Both the position numbers and the translations under genes were made by a program. From NCBI GenBank assembly GCA_041483195.1, contig JBGPFC010000019.1, positions 13,785 through 77,784 on the forward strand: a stretch of 64,000 nt of DNA, in the 5' to 3' direction. Below, one piece after another: positions 1 to 8,729 of this stretch. The number at the start of each line of letters is the position of its first letter. The first letter of the stretch is position 1. The DNA is from Candidatus Eiseniibacteriota bacterium (GTDB lineage Bacteria > Eisenbacteria > RBG-16-71-46). The notes beneath the pieces are model-generated. The model saw only the letters and a program-made list of their open reading frames with translations. It ran no database searches and was not told the DNA's origin.

Positions 1-2
1 TC

Positions 3-386
3 GCGCTCTTGAAGGACACCGATGTCTTCTACTTCGCGGGCTTCGAGTGGACGCCGAAGGAGAAGCTCACGCTGGTCGGCAACTACCAGCTGAGCCGCGA
101 CCTCTCTCTGTTCGATTTCACCGATCCGCTCAACACCTCGATCGACCTCCCGGGCACCATCTATCGCCGGCACGAGGCGCAGCTCGACGCGCGCTGGCAA
201 TGGATCAAGAGCACCGTGATCATCGGGCGCTGGGGCTGGGAGGAGTACGACTCGATCGACTGGGCCACCAACAACGTGCCGTACGTCTTCCCGCTGGTGG
301 GCGCCTCGACCGGCGTGTTCCTCGGCGACAGCTCGCAGGGGTACAAGGCGCATCGCCTGGCGCTGCTGGTGAAGCACAGCTTCTGA
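3..386 (+). CDS. MtrB/PioB-family outer-membrane beta-barrel, C-terminal fragment (5' partial)
   Basis: Frame is open from the window edge; amphipathic strands; ends YDSIDWA...VFLGDSSQGYKAHRLALLVKHSF with terminal Phe, resembling MtrB/PioB C-termini; multiheme context. Confidence 0.7.
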   Translation, partial: ALLKDTDVFYFAGFEWTPKEKLTLVGNYQLSRDLSLFDFTDPLNTSIDLPGTIYRRHEAQLDARWQWIKSTVIIGRWGWEEYDSIDWATNNVPYVFPLVGASTGVFLGDSSQGYKAHRLALLVKHSF

Positions 387-395
387 TAGGATTCG

Positions 396-423
396 GCGGA
401 CGGGGCGAGGCGGCCCCGTCCGC
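396..423 (+). terminator. Intercistronic GC-rich hairpin
   Basis: GCGGACGGGGC-gaggcg-GCCCCGTCCGC, perfect 11-bp stem, no U-tract. Confidence 0.5.
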
Positions 424-447
424 GCATCACACCCGAAGGCGAACGCC

Positions 448-918
448 ATGAGCGAACCCACCGCGACGACGCCCGCGCCGGCGCAGGGAGCATCCCTGGG
501 CCGGCGCACCTTTCTGACCCGGCTCAGCCAGGCGTTCCTGAGCCTGTGGGGGATCGGCACCGCGGCCGCGGTCGCCGCCTATCTGCGCGCCCCCGACCGC
601 GGCGAGCGCATCGCCGAGCGCATCGTGCGGGTCGGCATGCTCGACGATCTTCCGGTGGGCGAGGCGCGACTGGTGCCGCACGGCACGACGCCCTTCTACG
701 TGGTGCGCATGGACGCGACGCGGCTGGTCGCGCTCTCGGCGGTGTGCACGCACGTGCGCTGCATCCTCAACTACGATCGCGAGCGCAAGGGCCTCGTGTG
801 CCCATGCCACGACGGGCGCTTCGATCTCTCCGGAAACGTGCTCTCCGGCCCGCCCCCGCGCGCGTTGCCGTCGTACGAGGTCGCGGTGCGGGCTGGCGAA
901 GTGTTCGTGCATCTATGA
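448..918 (+). CDS. Rieske 2Fe-2S protein (QcrA/PetC-like), copy 1
   Basis: Tat motif GRRTFL; CTHVRC and CPCHDG boxes; SGPPPRAL. Confidence 0.92.
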   Translation: MSEPTATTPAPAQGASLGRRTFLTRLSQAFLSLWGIGTAAAVAAYLRAPDRGERIAERIVRVGMLDDLPVGEARLVPHGTTPFYVVRMDATRLVALSAVCTHVRCILNYDRERKGLVCPCHDGRFDLSGNVLSGPPPRALPSYEVAVRAGEVFVHL

Positions 919-2048
919 GCGGCGCACCGGACCGCGAACCACCCCGCACCGATCGCGGCGTCATCGGCTGGCTCGAGCGGCGCGTCAACCTCACCGAGAT
1001 CTTCTCGTTCGTCTCGCACTTCGGCTTGGTCTTCACGCCGGTGGACAGCTCGCGGCCGCTGCGCGAGACCCTGCGCGACGTCGCGCGCCAGCCGATCCCG
1101 GACTTCGCGCGCTGGCCGCGCGTGCTCGGGCTGCTCGCCGCGATCGGGTTCGGCATCGAGGCGCTCACCGGCGTGCTGCTCGCGTTCTACTACCGCCCCA
1201 CCCCCGACGCGGCGTTCGAGAGCACGCGCACCATCGTGCGCGACCTGCCGCTCGGCTGGTTCATCCACCAGATGCACGCCTGGGGCGCGTGGCTGCTGGT
1301 CGCGATCGTGGTGGTGCGCATGCTGCGGCTGTTTTGGGACGGCCTCTACCGCGCGCCGCGCGAAGTGCTCTGGATGACGGCGGTCGGGCTCGCGTGGCTG
1401 GTGCTGCAGGCCGACTTCACGGGCCACCTGCTCACGTGGGACGCGCACTCGTACTGGTCGACGGTGCGCGGCATGGAGGTGGTGTTCGCGCTGCCGCTGG
1501 TCGGGCCGGTGCTCGCGTTCCTGCTCGGCGGCCGCGTCGTGAACGACGACGTGCTGATCCGCTTCTACGTGCTGCACGTGATGGTGCTGCCGCTGGCCTA
1601 CGCCGCGCTCATCTACCTCACGTTCGCGACCCTGCGCCGCGTGGGGCTGAGCCCGGCGCCCACCGCCGTGACCACCGGGACCAGCACCTTCCGCGATCAT
1701 CTCTACTCGATGACGGTCGCGAACGTCCTGGTATTCGGCGTGCTCGTGTCGCTCGCGGTCCTGCTCCCGTTCCGCTTCCTCGCGGCGGCCGATCCCTACA
1801 CGACCCCCGGCGGCGTGCGGCCGCCGTGGTACATGCTGGCGCCCTACGCCGTGCTGCGCATGGCGCCGGGGCCCGCCTGGCTGTGGGGCCTGCTGCTGGT
1901 GGCGATCGCGTTCGCGGTGCTGCTGCTTCCGTTCTGGACGCGCGCCGAAGACGAGCGCGCGCGGACCCGCATCCGCCTCGGAAGCCTCGCGGCTTTCGCG
2001 GCCTGGATCGCGCTCAGCATCGCGGCGCTGTTCCTGGATCGGAAATGA
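915..2048 (+). CDS. Cytochrome b (Rieske/cyt b complex), atypical copy lacking both bH His ligands
   Basis: ATGA overlap with Rieske stop; TGVLLAFYYRP, QMHAWG, GLYRAPRE, RFYVLH, PPWY motifs. Confidence 0.9.
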   Translation: MSGAPDREPPRTDRGVIGWLERRVNLTEIFSFVSHFGLVFTPVDSSRPLRETLRDVARQPIPDFARWPRVLGLLAAIGFGIEALTGVLLAFYYRPTPDAAFESTRTIVRDLPLGWFIHQMHAWGAWLLVAIVVVRMLRLFWDGLYRAPREVLWMTAVGLAWLVLQADFTGHLLTWDAHSYWSTVRGMEVVFALPLVGPVLAFLLGGRVVNDDVLIRFYVLHVMVLPLAYAALIYLTFATLRRVGLSPAPTAVTTGTSTFRDHLYSMTVANVLVFGVLVSLAVLLPFRFLAAADPYTTPGGVRPPWYMLAPYAVLRMAPGPAWLWGLLLVAIAFAVLLLPFWTRAEDERARTRIRLGSLAAFAAWIALSIAALFLDRK

Positions 2049-3298
2049 GCGCGAGCCCCGTGGCATTCGCGCGGCGGGTCGCGCTGGTCACCCTCGTGAT
2101 CGCGCCGCTCGCCGCGCTCGTCGCGCGCTCGCAGCCGGGCGCGCCCGCGCCCTCCGCGAGCCCGCCCGGGAACGCCTCGGCGGCGGCCGGCAAGTGCGGC
2201 GTGTGTCATCCGTCCGAGCGCGTGCAGTTCGAGACCAGCCTCCACGCTCGCGAGCAGGTCCATTGCACGGCGTGTCACGGCGGGAACGACGCGAGCCTCG
2301 AGATGTCGGTCGCGCATTCGAGCGGCTTCCGGGGCCGGCCCGCGCGCAAGGACGTCCCCGCGCTCTGCGCGTCGTGTCACGCGAACGAGGCGCGCATGCG
2401 CGCATACAACCTGCCGGTGGATCAGTACGCGCTCTACCAGACCTCGGGACACGGCAAGCGGCTCGCGGCCGGCGACACGCGCGTGGCGGTCTGCTCCGAT
2501 TGCCACGGGGCGCACGCCATCCTCGCGCCGAGCGATCCCGGCAGCAGCACGTTCCCGACCAACATTCCGAAGACCTGCGGCCGCTGCCACGGCGATGCCA
2601 GGCTGATGCCCGCCGGGAAGGCGGTGTTCGCGGACTACTCGAAGAGCGTTCACGCCGCGGCGCTGCTCGACAAGGGCAACCTCAAGGCGCCGACCTGCGT
2701 GAGCTGTCACGGCGTGCACGGCGCCGCGCCCCCCGCGGTCGGCGACATCGACAAGGTGTGCGGCCAGTGCCACACCGCGGAGCGTCGCTACTTCACCGCC
2801 GGGGCGCATCGCCACCCCGGCTCGGGCGAGGGGCCGGAGTGCTCGTCGTGTCACGGGGCGCACGCCATCGAGGCCGCCCGGCCGGAGCGCATCGCGACAT
2901 CTTGCGCGGGCTGCCACGCGAAGGGATCGCCAGAGGCCGCGCTCGGCAGCCGCATGTGGACCGAGGTCCGGGGCGCGGCCGACGAGATCGACAAGGCGAC
3001 CGCGATCGCCACCAGGGCCGACGCCGTCCCGATCAACACCGACGACTACCGCGCGCGGCTCGAGGAGGCCCGCACCTACCTGCGCGAGGCCATGCCCGCC
3101 GCGCACTCGGTCCAGGAAGAAGTGGTGGCGGGGCTCACGACGCGCGCGCGATCGGTCGCGCACGAGGTCGAGTCCGACATTCACGGCAAGCTCGGCAACC
3201 TCCACGTGCGGCGCTTCGTGCTCATCCTCTTCTGGTTCTACCTGCTGCTCACCATCCTGGTGCTGCGCCGATTCCAGAAGCGGGCGCCGAGGATCTGA
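2045..3298 (+). CDS. Nonaheme cytochrome c with C-terminal membrane anchor, copy 1
   Basis: ATGA overlap; signal peptide; 9 CxxCH; helical stalk and C-terminal TM helix. Confidence 0.9.
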   Translation: MSASPVAFARRVALVTLVIAPLAALVARSQPGAPAPSASPPGNASAAAGKCGVCHPSERVQFETSLHAREQVHCTACHGGNDASLEMSVAHSSGFRGRPARKDVPALCASCHANEARMRAYNLPVDQYALYQTSGHGKRLAAGDTRVAVCSDCHGAHAILAPSDPGSSTFPTNIPKTCGRCHGDARLMPAGKAVFADYSKSVHAAALLDKGNLKAPTCVSCHGVHGAAPPAVGDIDKVCGQCHTAERRYFTAGAHRHPGSGEGPECSSCHGAHAIEAARPERIATSCAGCHAKGSPEAALGSRMWTEVRGAADEIDKATAIATRADAVPINTDDYRARLEEARTYLREAMPAAHSVQEEVVAGLTTRARSVAHEVESDIHGKLGNLHVRRFVLILFWFYLLLTILVLRRFQKRAPRI

Positions 3299-3299
3299 C

Positions 3300-5108
3300 G
3301 TGGCCCGGCTCTCGGGGCTAGGGCCCGACTCGTCGATCGGCCGCTGGGTCGCTCGCGCGAGCTTAGGCCGCCTCACGCCGCGCGGCCTGCGCATCGCGAG
3401 CTTCAGCGCGGCGCTCGCCCTCGGGCTCGGCCTGGTGCTGGTCGTGTTCGCGGCGCAGATGTCGTCGACCCCCACCTTCTGCGGCTCGTGCCACATCATG
3501 AAGCCATACTACGAGTCGTGGAAACACTCGAAGCACTCGCGCATCGCGTGCGTCGAGTGCCACATCGCGCCCGGTATCACCTCCGAGATCCGCAAGAAGT
3601 ACGAGGCGCTGTCGATGGTGGCGAAGTACTTCACCGGAACCTACAGCACCAACCCCTGGGTCCAGGTGGACGACGCGGCCTGCCTGCGCTGCCACGAGCG
3701 GCGGCTGCTCGAGGGCAAGGAAGTCTTCCACAACGTGCTGTTCGACCACCGGCCGCACCTCACCGAGAGCCGGCGCGGACTCAAGCTGCGCTGCACCTCG
3801 TGCCATTCCCAGATCGTGCAGGGCAGTCACATCAGCGTGACCTCCTCGACCTGCGCGCTCTGCCACTTCAAGAACCAGCCGCTCAACACCGGCACCGGCC
3901 GCTGCCTGAACTGCCACCAGATTCCCGAGCGCGTGCTCACCACGGCCGGCACGACGTTCGACCACTCCGAGGTGCGACGGCTCGACATGGACTGTCGCTC
4001 CTGCCACGCCGGCGTGGTGCGCGGCGATGGAACCGTGCCGCGCGAGCGCTGCGTGACCTGCCACAACCAGGCCGACCGCCTCGCGCGCTTCGGCGACCGG
4101 GATTTCCTGCACCGGATGCACGTCTCCGAGCACAAGGTGAACTGCATGAACTGCCACCTCGAGATCCAGCACGGCAAGGCGGAGCACCCGATGGTGGCGT
4201 CGGCCGCCGGCTGCGAGTCGTGTCACGGCGGCGGCCACTCGCCGCAGCGCGACCTCTACGCGGGCGTCGGCGGCCGCGGCGTGCCCCGCATGCCCGGGCC
4301 GATGTTCGCGGCGGGCGTGAGCTGCGAGGGCTGCCACAATCCGTCGGTGTCGGTCGCGGCATCGAACGACCCGTTCGCCGAGCGCACGCAGAAGGCGAGC
4401 GAGGTGTCGTGCATGAGCTGCCACGGCCCCGGCTACCGCCAGATCTTCTTCGCGTGGAAGGAGGCGGTGCGCTCGCGCCTCGCCGCGATGCGCGCGCAGC
4501 TGGCGGCGAGCGCCGGTGCGATGGGCGCGAACGCGCCGGCCGCGTGGCGGGACGCGCAGTACAACGTGGCGCTGGTGGATCGCGGGAAGGGCGTGCACAA
4601 CGTGAACTACGCGTACGCGCTGCTCGAGAAGGCCCACGAGCAGATGAACGAGGCGCGGCGCGCGCGCGGGCTCGCTGCGCTGTCGCTCCCGTGGACCACG
4701 GTCGCGGCCGGATCGGCCGCCGCCAACTGTCTCGGGTGCCACGCCGGGATCGAGCGCCAGGCGGGCACGTTCGCGGGGCGCGCCTACGCGCACGCGCCGC
4801 ATCTGGCCGCGAAGCTCGACTGCTCGACCTGCCATCGCCCGCACCAGGAGCGCGCGCCCGGCGAGATCGTGAAGTTCGGCGCGAACGGCTGCGTGCCATG
4901 CCATCATCCGACCGCCGCGGTGGAGGCGCCGAAGTGCATGGCGTGCCACGGCGACGTCACAGCGCGCACCGTGACCAGCTTCCGCGGCGAGTTCTCGCAC
5001 AAGGGCCACCTCGAGCAGGGGCTCGAGTGCGGAACCTGCCATCAGCCGAAGAACGGCGACCCGCGGCCCGCGAAGGAAACCTGCGCGCAGTGCCACGAGG
5101 GCGGGTGA
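3300..5108 (+). CDS. NapC/NirT-type membrane-anchored multiheme cytochrome c (18 CxxCH)
   Basis: N-terminal TM then STPTFCGSCHIMKPYYESWKHSKH...CVECH (NapC/NrfH-like); 18 CxxCH counted. Confidence 0.85.
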   Translation: MARLSGLGPDSSIGRWVARASLGRLTPRGLRIASFSAALALGLGLVLVVFAAQMSSTPTFCGSCHIMKPYYESWKHSKHSRIACVECHIAPGITSEIRKKYEALSMVAKYFTGTYSTNPWVQVDDAACLRCHERRLLEGKEVFHNVLFDHRPHLTESRRGLKLRCTSCHSQIVQGSHISVTSSTCALCHFKNQPLNTGTGRCLNCHQIPERVLTTAGTTFDHSEVRRLDMDCRSCHAGVVRGDGTVPRERCVTCHNQADRLARFGDRDFLHRMHVSEHKVNCMNCHLEIQHGKAEHPMVASAAGCESCHGGGHSPQRDLYAGVGGRGVPRMPGPMFAAGVSCEGCHNPSVSVAASNDPFAERTQKASEVSCMSCHGPGYRQIFFAWKEAVRSRLAAMRAQLAASAGAMGANAPAAWRDAQYNVALVDRGKGVHNVNYAYALLEKAHEQMNEARRARGLAALSLPWTTVAAGSAAANCLGCHAGIERQAGTFAGRAYAHAPHLAAKLDCSTCHRPHQERAPGEIVKFGANGCVPCHHPTAAVEAPKCMACHGDVTARTVTSFRGEFSHKGHLEQGLECGTCHQPKNGDPRPAKETCAQCHEGG

Positions 5109-5121
5109 TTCGGCGTATCTA

Positions 5122-7263
5122 CTACGTTTCCTCTTCGCGCGCTCGACCACCCCGCTCATGGCGCTGCGACACGTACTTGCGTGAGAATACATCGAGTCGC
5201 TTGCCCAGCGCGTCATCGGTGTAATCATACCTGTCGACGTTTCGCTGTTTCCGCAGGCACCGCACAAGAAAGCTCACCGGCAAGACAAGAATCATCTTCG
5301 TATGCTCCACCCACGTAGTTCGCACCCAGCCTCGATCAGATTCATCGAGCCCCTCGAGCTCGCTGCGCGTAATAAGCACACCGAATCTGCCGTACGCGCC
5401 GGTTAGGTAACTCGCAATCTGCCTAAAGTCGGCCGGCTCCAGCTTCTGAAAGTTCTTCACCTCGAACACAACCTGCCGAGAACCATAGTCCTCAAATACT
5501 CGCCGCCAGAATCCCCTCTCCGCTGAGTTTGTTGCCACAATGTCGCGTCTTTGGGTGGCATCTGCGTTCGGCTTCAGCTCCGGATTCGCCAAGGAGCCAG
5601 CGAAGAGGATTCTGATAGCTCTGAATACCCACGCCTCAAAATCGGTGCTTCCCGCTTGCCCGAGGGGGAGCTTTGGAACCTGGGCCACCAACTGCCCCAA
5701 TTGTCTAGTCCGAAGGTCTTTCAGCTCCGACACCGGCGCGGCGTTTTCGTCATCGTGCACATCGGTGAGAATTCCAGGAGCTGGTTCGTTCGCGAGAACA
5801 TCAAGTGCCAGCCAGTAGCATGGATGAATGGCAGTCCTTCTTTCGGCATCGCGCGTATCCAAGGCCGAAGGAGCTCCGTCATGGCAAAAGCTAAATCTGC
5901 CGGCCGCGACATCCTCGAGTCCTATGAAACCAATCCCGTGAAGCGCCGACAAGAGATCATGCCCGCCTCCGAAGATCGCAAAGTCGCTCGCCCCCCTCTG
6001 GCTGTAGTCATCATTGCGTGCGACCGCATCCAAGTAATCCGTTCGTTGCGCAACCGTTGCAAACGCTTGCGCGCCATGGAACGAGCGGAGAACAAGCTCT
6101 ATCCCGGGAAAGACGGCGTCGTACTCCTTGATGAGATCGCTTAGGCGATCCCGAGATATCTGGGTCGCGGTCGCCTCGACATCCGCTTCTACCAGCGCGG
6201 TCCGCCCGGATCTCGCCGCAGCGACAAACGCTTGATTGAGGAGAACCAAGACGTCACGCGGTCGGAGAAGGGTCTGCTGAAGGCACCTCGCAAATCCTTC
6301 ACGATCTTGGAGCCCGCGTTGGGCGAATCGATTCCAGACTTTGATGTCGTTTTGGGTCGACTCTAAGCGAAGCGCGACACGAAGCCGATTCGCCACAAGA
6401 TGTAGGAGGCTGCCCTCGTCCCATCTGAGGCGAAGGGTGTTGCCCTCTATGTGGCGGGAGTAGTCCATGTCTAGGTGAGCAAGCGCGCGGAATATATTGT
6501 CCCGCATGAAGAGAATGCCGTGGATTTCGCTCTTTCGGTCCACGAAGTCCGCCATCGCCAATGCAAGGCCTCCCAAGATCGCTGTTGATTGTTGGTCGGG
6601 AGCCCAGCCCTCATCGAGCCCGTCGAACAAGAACAATGCCGGCTTGCCGGAGTCGCGGAGCACCTCATCCACCGACTCCTGGACGTCGCCGAGGCGAAGG
6701 TTGCTGGCTACGAGGCCCGGCACTTCATGGACGTCACTTCCCTGCGCGCGGGCGCGGCCCAGGATTTCCACGCAACGCCCTATGCCGCCGAGTTTCAGAA
6801 GGGATCGGTGCTCGTTGGCATAGCCCCTCAGGAACGCTGCGCTGCTGCTCCTGTCCAATTTCCAATACTTCAGGACACCTTCCAACACTTTGAAGAGCAG
6901 GTGCGCACGCCACGTCACGCGCATCATGGCTCGAGTGCTCTTGTAATTCCCTTCAAAGCGTCGGATCGTGCTCTGAAGCGAGAGCATTTCGTTTTCTTCT
7001 GGGTGTGAGTCGAACAGGAACCGATCGTCTCTCCGCTGAAAATGCTCGGTGATCTTCATGTACAGAGCCGTCTTGCCGGAACCGCGGCGGCCCACCACAA
7101 AATTGAAGTCGGGTGTCCCGGTCAGGGCACGAAAATCCGGCGTCTCGACAAATGCCTGGGACAGCATCATGCCGTCGGCCTCGGCTCTACTCGCGCCGAG
7201 GATGTTTCCGAAAAGCCCCGCGACGTTGTCTGCTCTGCGCGGTAGAGTATCGGGCGTGTCCAC
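5122..7263 (-). CDS. P-loop NTPase (Sll1717/STAND-like) with C-terminal Mrr-like PD-(D/E)xK nuclease; candidate defence protein
   Basis: RAEAD, Walker A GRRGSGKT, Walker B LFLFDGLDE, RDNIF, RPRD; C-terminal RRDIV...FEVKN...FRQIASY; start uncertain (GTG 7263; ORF open to 7431); atypical codon usage. Confidence 0.75.
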   Translation of the reverse strand: MDTPDTLPRRADNVAGLFGNILGASRAEADGMMLSQAFVETPDFRALTGTPDFNFVVGRRGSGKTALYMKITEHFQRRDDRFLFDSHPEENEMLSLQSTIRRFEGNYKSTRAMMRVTWRAHLLFKVLEGVLKYWKLDRSSSAAFLRGYANEHRSLLKLGGIGRCVEILGRARAQGSDVHEVPGLVASNLRLGDVQESVDEVLRDSGKPALFLFDGLDEGWAPDQQSTAILGGLALAMADFVDRKSEIHGILFMRDNIFRALAHLDMDYSRHIEGNTLRLRWDEGSLLHLVANRLRVALRLESTQNDIKVWNRFAQRGLQDREGFARCLQQTLLRPRDVLVLLNQAFVAAARSGRTALVEADVEATATQISRDRLSDLIKEYDAVFPGIELVLRSFHGAQAFATVAQRTDYLDAVARNDDYSQRGASDFAIFGGGHDLLSALHGIGFIGLEDVAAGRFSFCHDGAPSALDTRDAERRTAIHPCYWLALDVLANEPAPGILTDVHDDENAAPVSELKDLRTRQLGQLVAQVPKLPLGQAGSTDFEAWVFRAIRILFAGSLANPELKPNADATQRRDIVATNSAERGFWRRVFEDYGSRQVVFEVKNFQKLEPADFRQIASYLTGAYGRFGVLITRSELEGLDESDRGWVRTTWVEHTKMILVLPVSFLVRCLRKQRNVDRYDYTDDALGKRLDVFSRKYVSQRHERGGRAREEET

Positions 7264-7619
7264 GGATCTGAAGCTAGCACACGAAGGTGCGCGCGCGGAG
7301 ACCCTATGGCTATGCCGCCTATACAGCCGCCGCCCTGCCGCATCGGCAGGGCGACAGTTCAGGCGTGATGACTGCAGCCAGGATGGGGGGGGCAAGACTT
7401 CGAAACGCGTCTTTGCGTTGGCGGCCATCACTCGGGTAGGAGCGCCCTGCAGCGTGGCGACGCCCCGTGGAAGGCACCCGCCCAGATTGACCGGTCCGTT
7501 ACCTGTACCCGAAGATCGGATGATAGCGGGCTTCCACCCGGGGGCGATCGGATCGAGTTCTTCGACCGCGTCGACACCTGCGCCGAGAATATCCTGAGAG
7601 AGATGGCGAGGTTCACACG

Positions 7620-8252
7620 GTGACCCATTTCAGCGCATATCTCGCGATCGCCGTCCTCGTCATCGTGACGCCGGGGCAGGACACCGCCCTGGTGATTCGA
7701 AACACGTTGGTCGGCGGGCGGAGGGCCGGCGTGTGGACGACCATCGGCGTCGTCGCCGGGCAGGCCACGTGGGCGCTCGCGACCAGCGCGGGCGTTGCGG
7801 CGCTGCTGCTCGCCTCGGAGCCCCTGTTCGCCGCCCTCAGGCTCGCGGGCGCGGCGTATCTCGTGGTGCTGGGCGCGCAGGCCCTCTACGGCGCGTGGGT
7901 CCACGGTCGCGCGCGGGGCGACGCGATCGACGGGCGCTCGCAACGAGGCATCACGCCGCGCGTCGCGTTGCGGCAGGGGCTCATCAGCAATCTCGGCAAC
8001 CCGAAGGTCGCGGTCTTCTTCACGAGCCTGCTGCCGCAGTTCGCGCCACCTCACCGAGCTTCGTTTTCCGCGCTGCTCTTTCTCGGCCTCGTGTTCTGCT
8101 CGGTGACGCTGGTCTGGCTGACCGGTTACTCTTTCGCCGTCGAGCGGTTCGGCGACGTGCTGCGCCGCGCGAGGATTCGCCGCGCGACGGAGGGATTGCT
8201 CGGCGCCGTGCTCGTCGCGCTCGGAGTGCGTCTCGCGCTGGAGAGGCGCTGA
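7620..8252 (+). CDS. LysE/RhtB-family translocator
   Basis: VTPGQD, GAAYL..LG, NLGNPKVAVFF motifs; hydrophobic. Confidence 0.92.
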   Translation: MTHFSAYLAIAVLVIVTPGQDTALVIRNTLVGGRRAGVWTTIGVVAGQATWALATSAGVAALLLASEPLFAALRLAGAAYLVVLGAQALYGAWVHGRARGDAIDGRSQRGITPRVALRQGLISNLGNPKVAVFFTSLLPQFAPPHRASFSALLFLGLVFCSVTLVWLTGYSFAVERFGDVLRRARIRRATEGLLGAVLVALGVRLALERR

Positions 8253-8256
8253 GGTC

Positions 8257-8676
8257 ATGAGCGACTCGGTCCATCGCGTGACGACGAAAGCCGCGCATTT
8301 CATCCTCTACGTCTCGAGCCAATCGGTCAGCACCGACTTCTACGCGAAGGTCCTCGGCCGTCCGCCGCGGCTGAACGTTCCGGGGATGACGGAGTTCGAG
8401 CTGACCTCGGGCTCGGTGCTCGGCCTCATGCCATGCGAAGGAATCCGCCGCCTGCTGGGCGGAGCGATCCCGGATCCGGAGGGCGCGGCGGGGATCCCGA
8501 GGTCGGAGGTCTACCTCGTGGTGGACGACGCATCGGCTCTCCACCGCCGCGCCCTGGCCGCGGGCGCCCGTGAGTTGAGCGGCGTCCAGAGACGGGACTG
8601 GGGCCACGACGCGGGATACACCCTCGATCCTGACGGTCACGTGCTCGCCTTCGCGAACGTGACGAAGCGGGCGTGA
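8257..8676 (+). CDS. VOC/glyoxalase-family protein
   Basis: FILYV...STDFYAKVLG; RDWGHDAGYTLDPDGHVLAF. Confidence 0.88.
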   Translation: MSDSVHRVTTKAAHFILYVSSQSVSTDFYAKVLGRPPRLNVPGMTEFELTSGSVLGLMPCEGIRRLLGGAIPDPEGAAGIPRSEVYLVVDDASALHRRALAAGARELSGVQRRDWGHDAGYTLDPDGHVLAFANVTKRA

Positions 8677-8729
8677 AGGCCGGTCGTAGCGGACGGGGCT
8701 GAGCGCGGCCCCGGTTCAACCCCGATCCC

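Noticed and set aside
915..2048. Cytochrome b copy 1 as a pseudogene or sequencing error
   Set aside because: No stop or frameshift, coupling preserved on both sides, both bL ligands kept, and the Thr codon needs three changes from His
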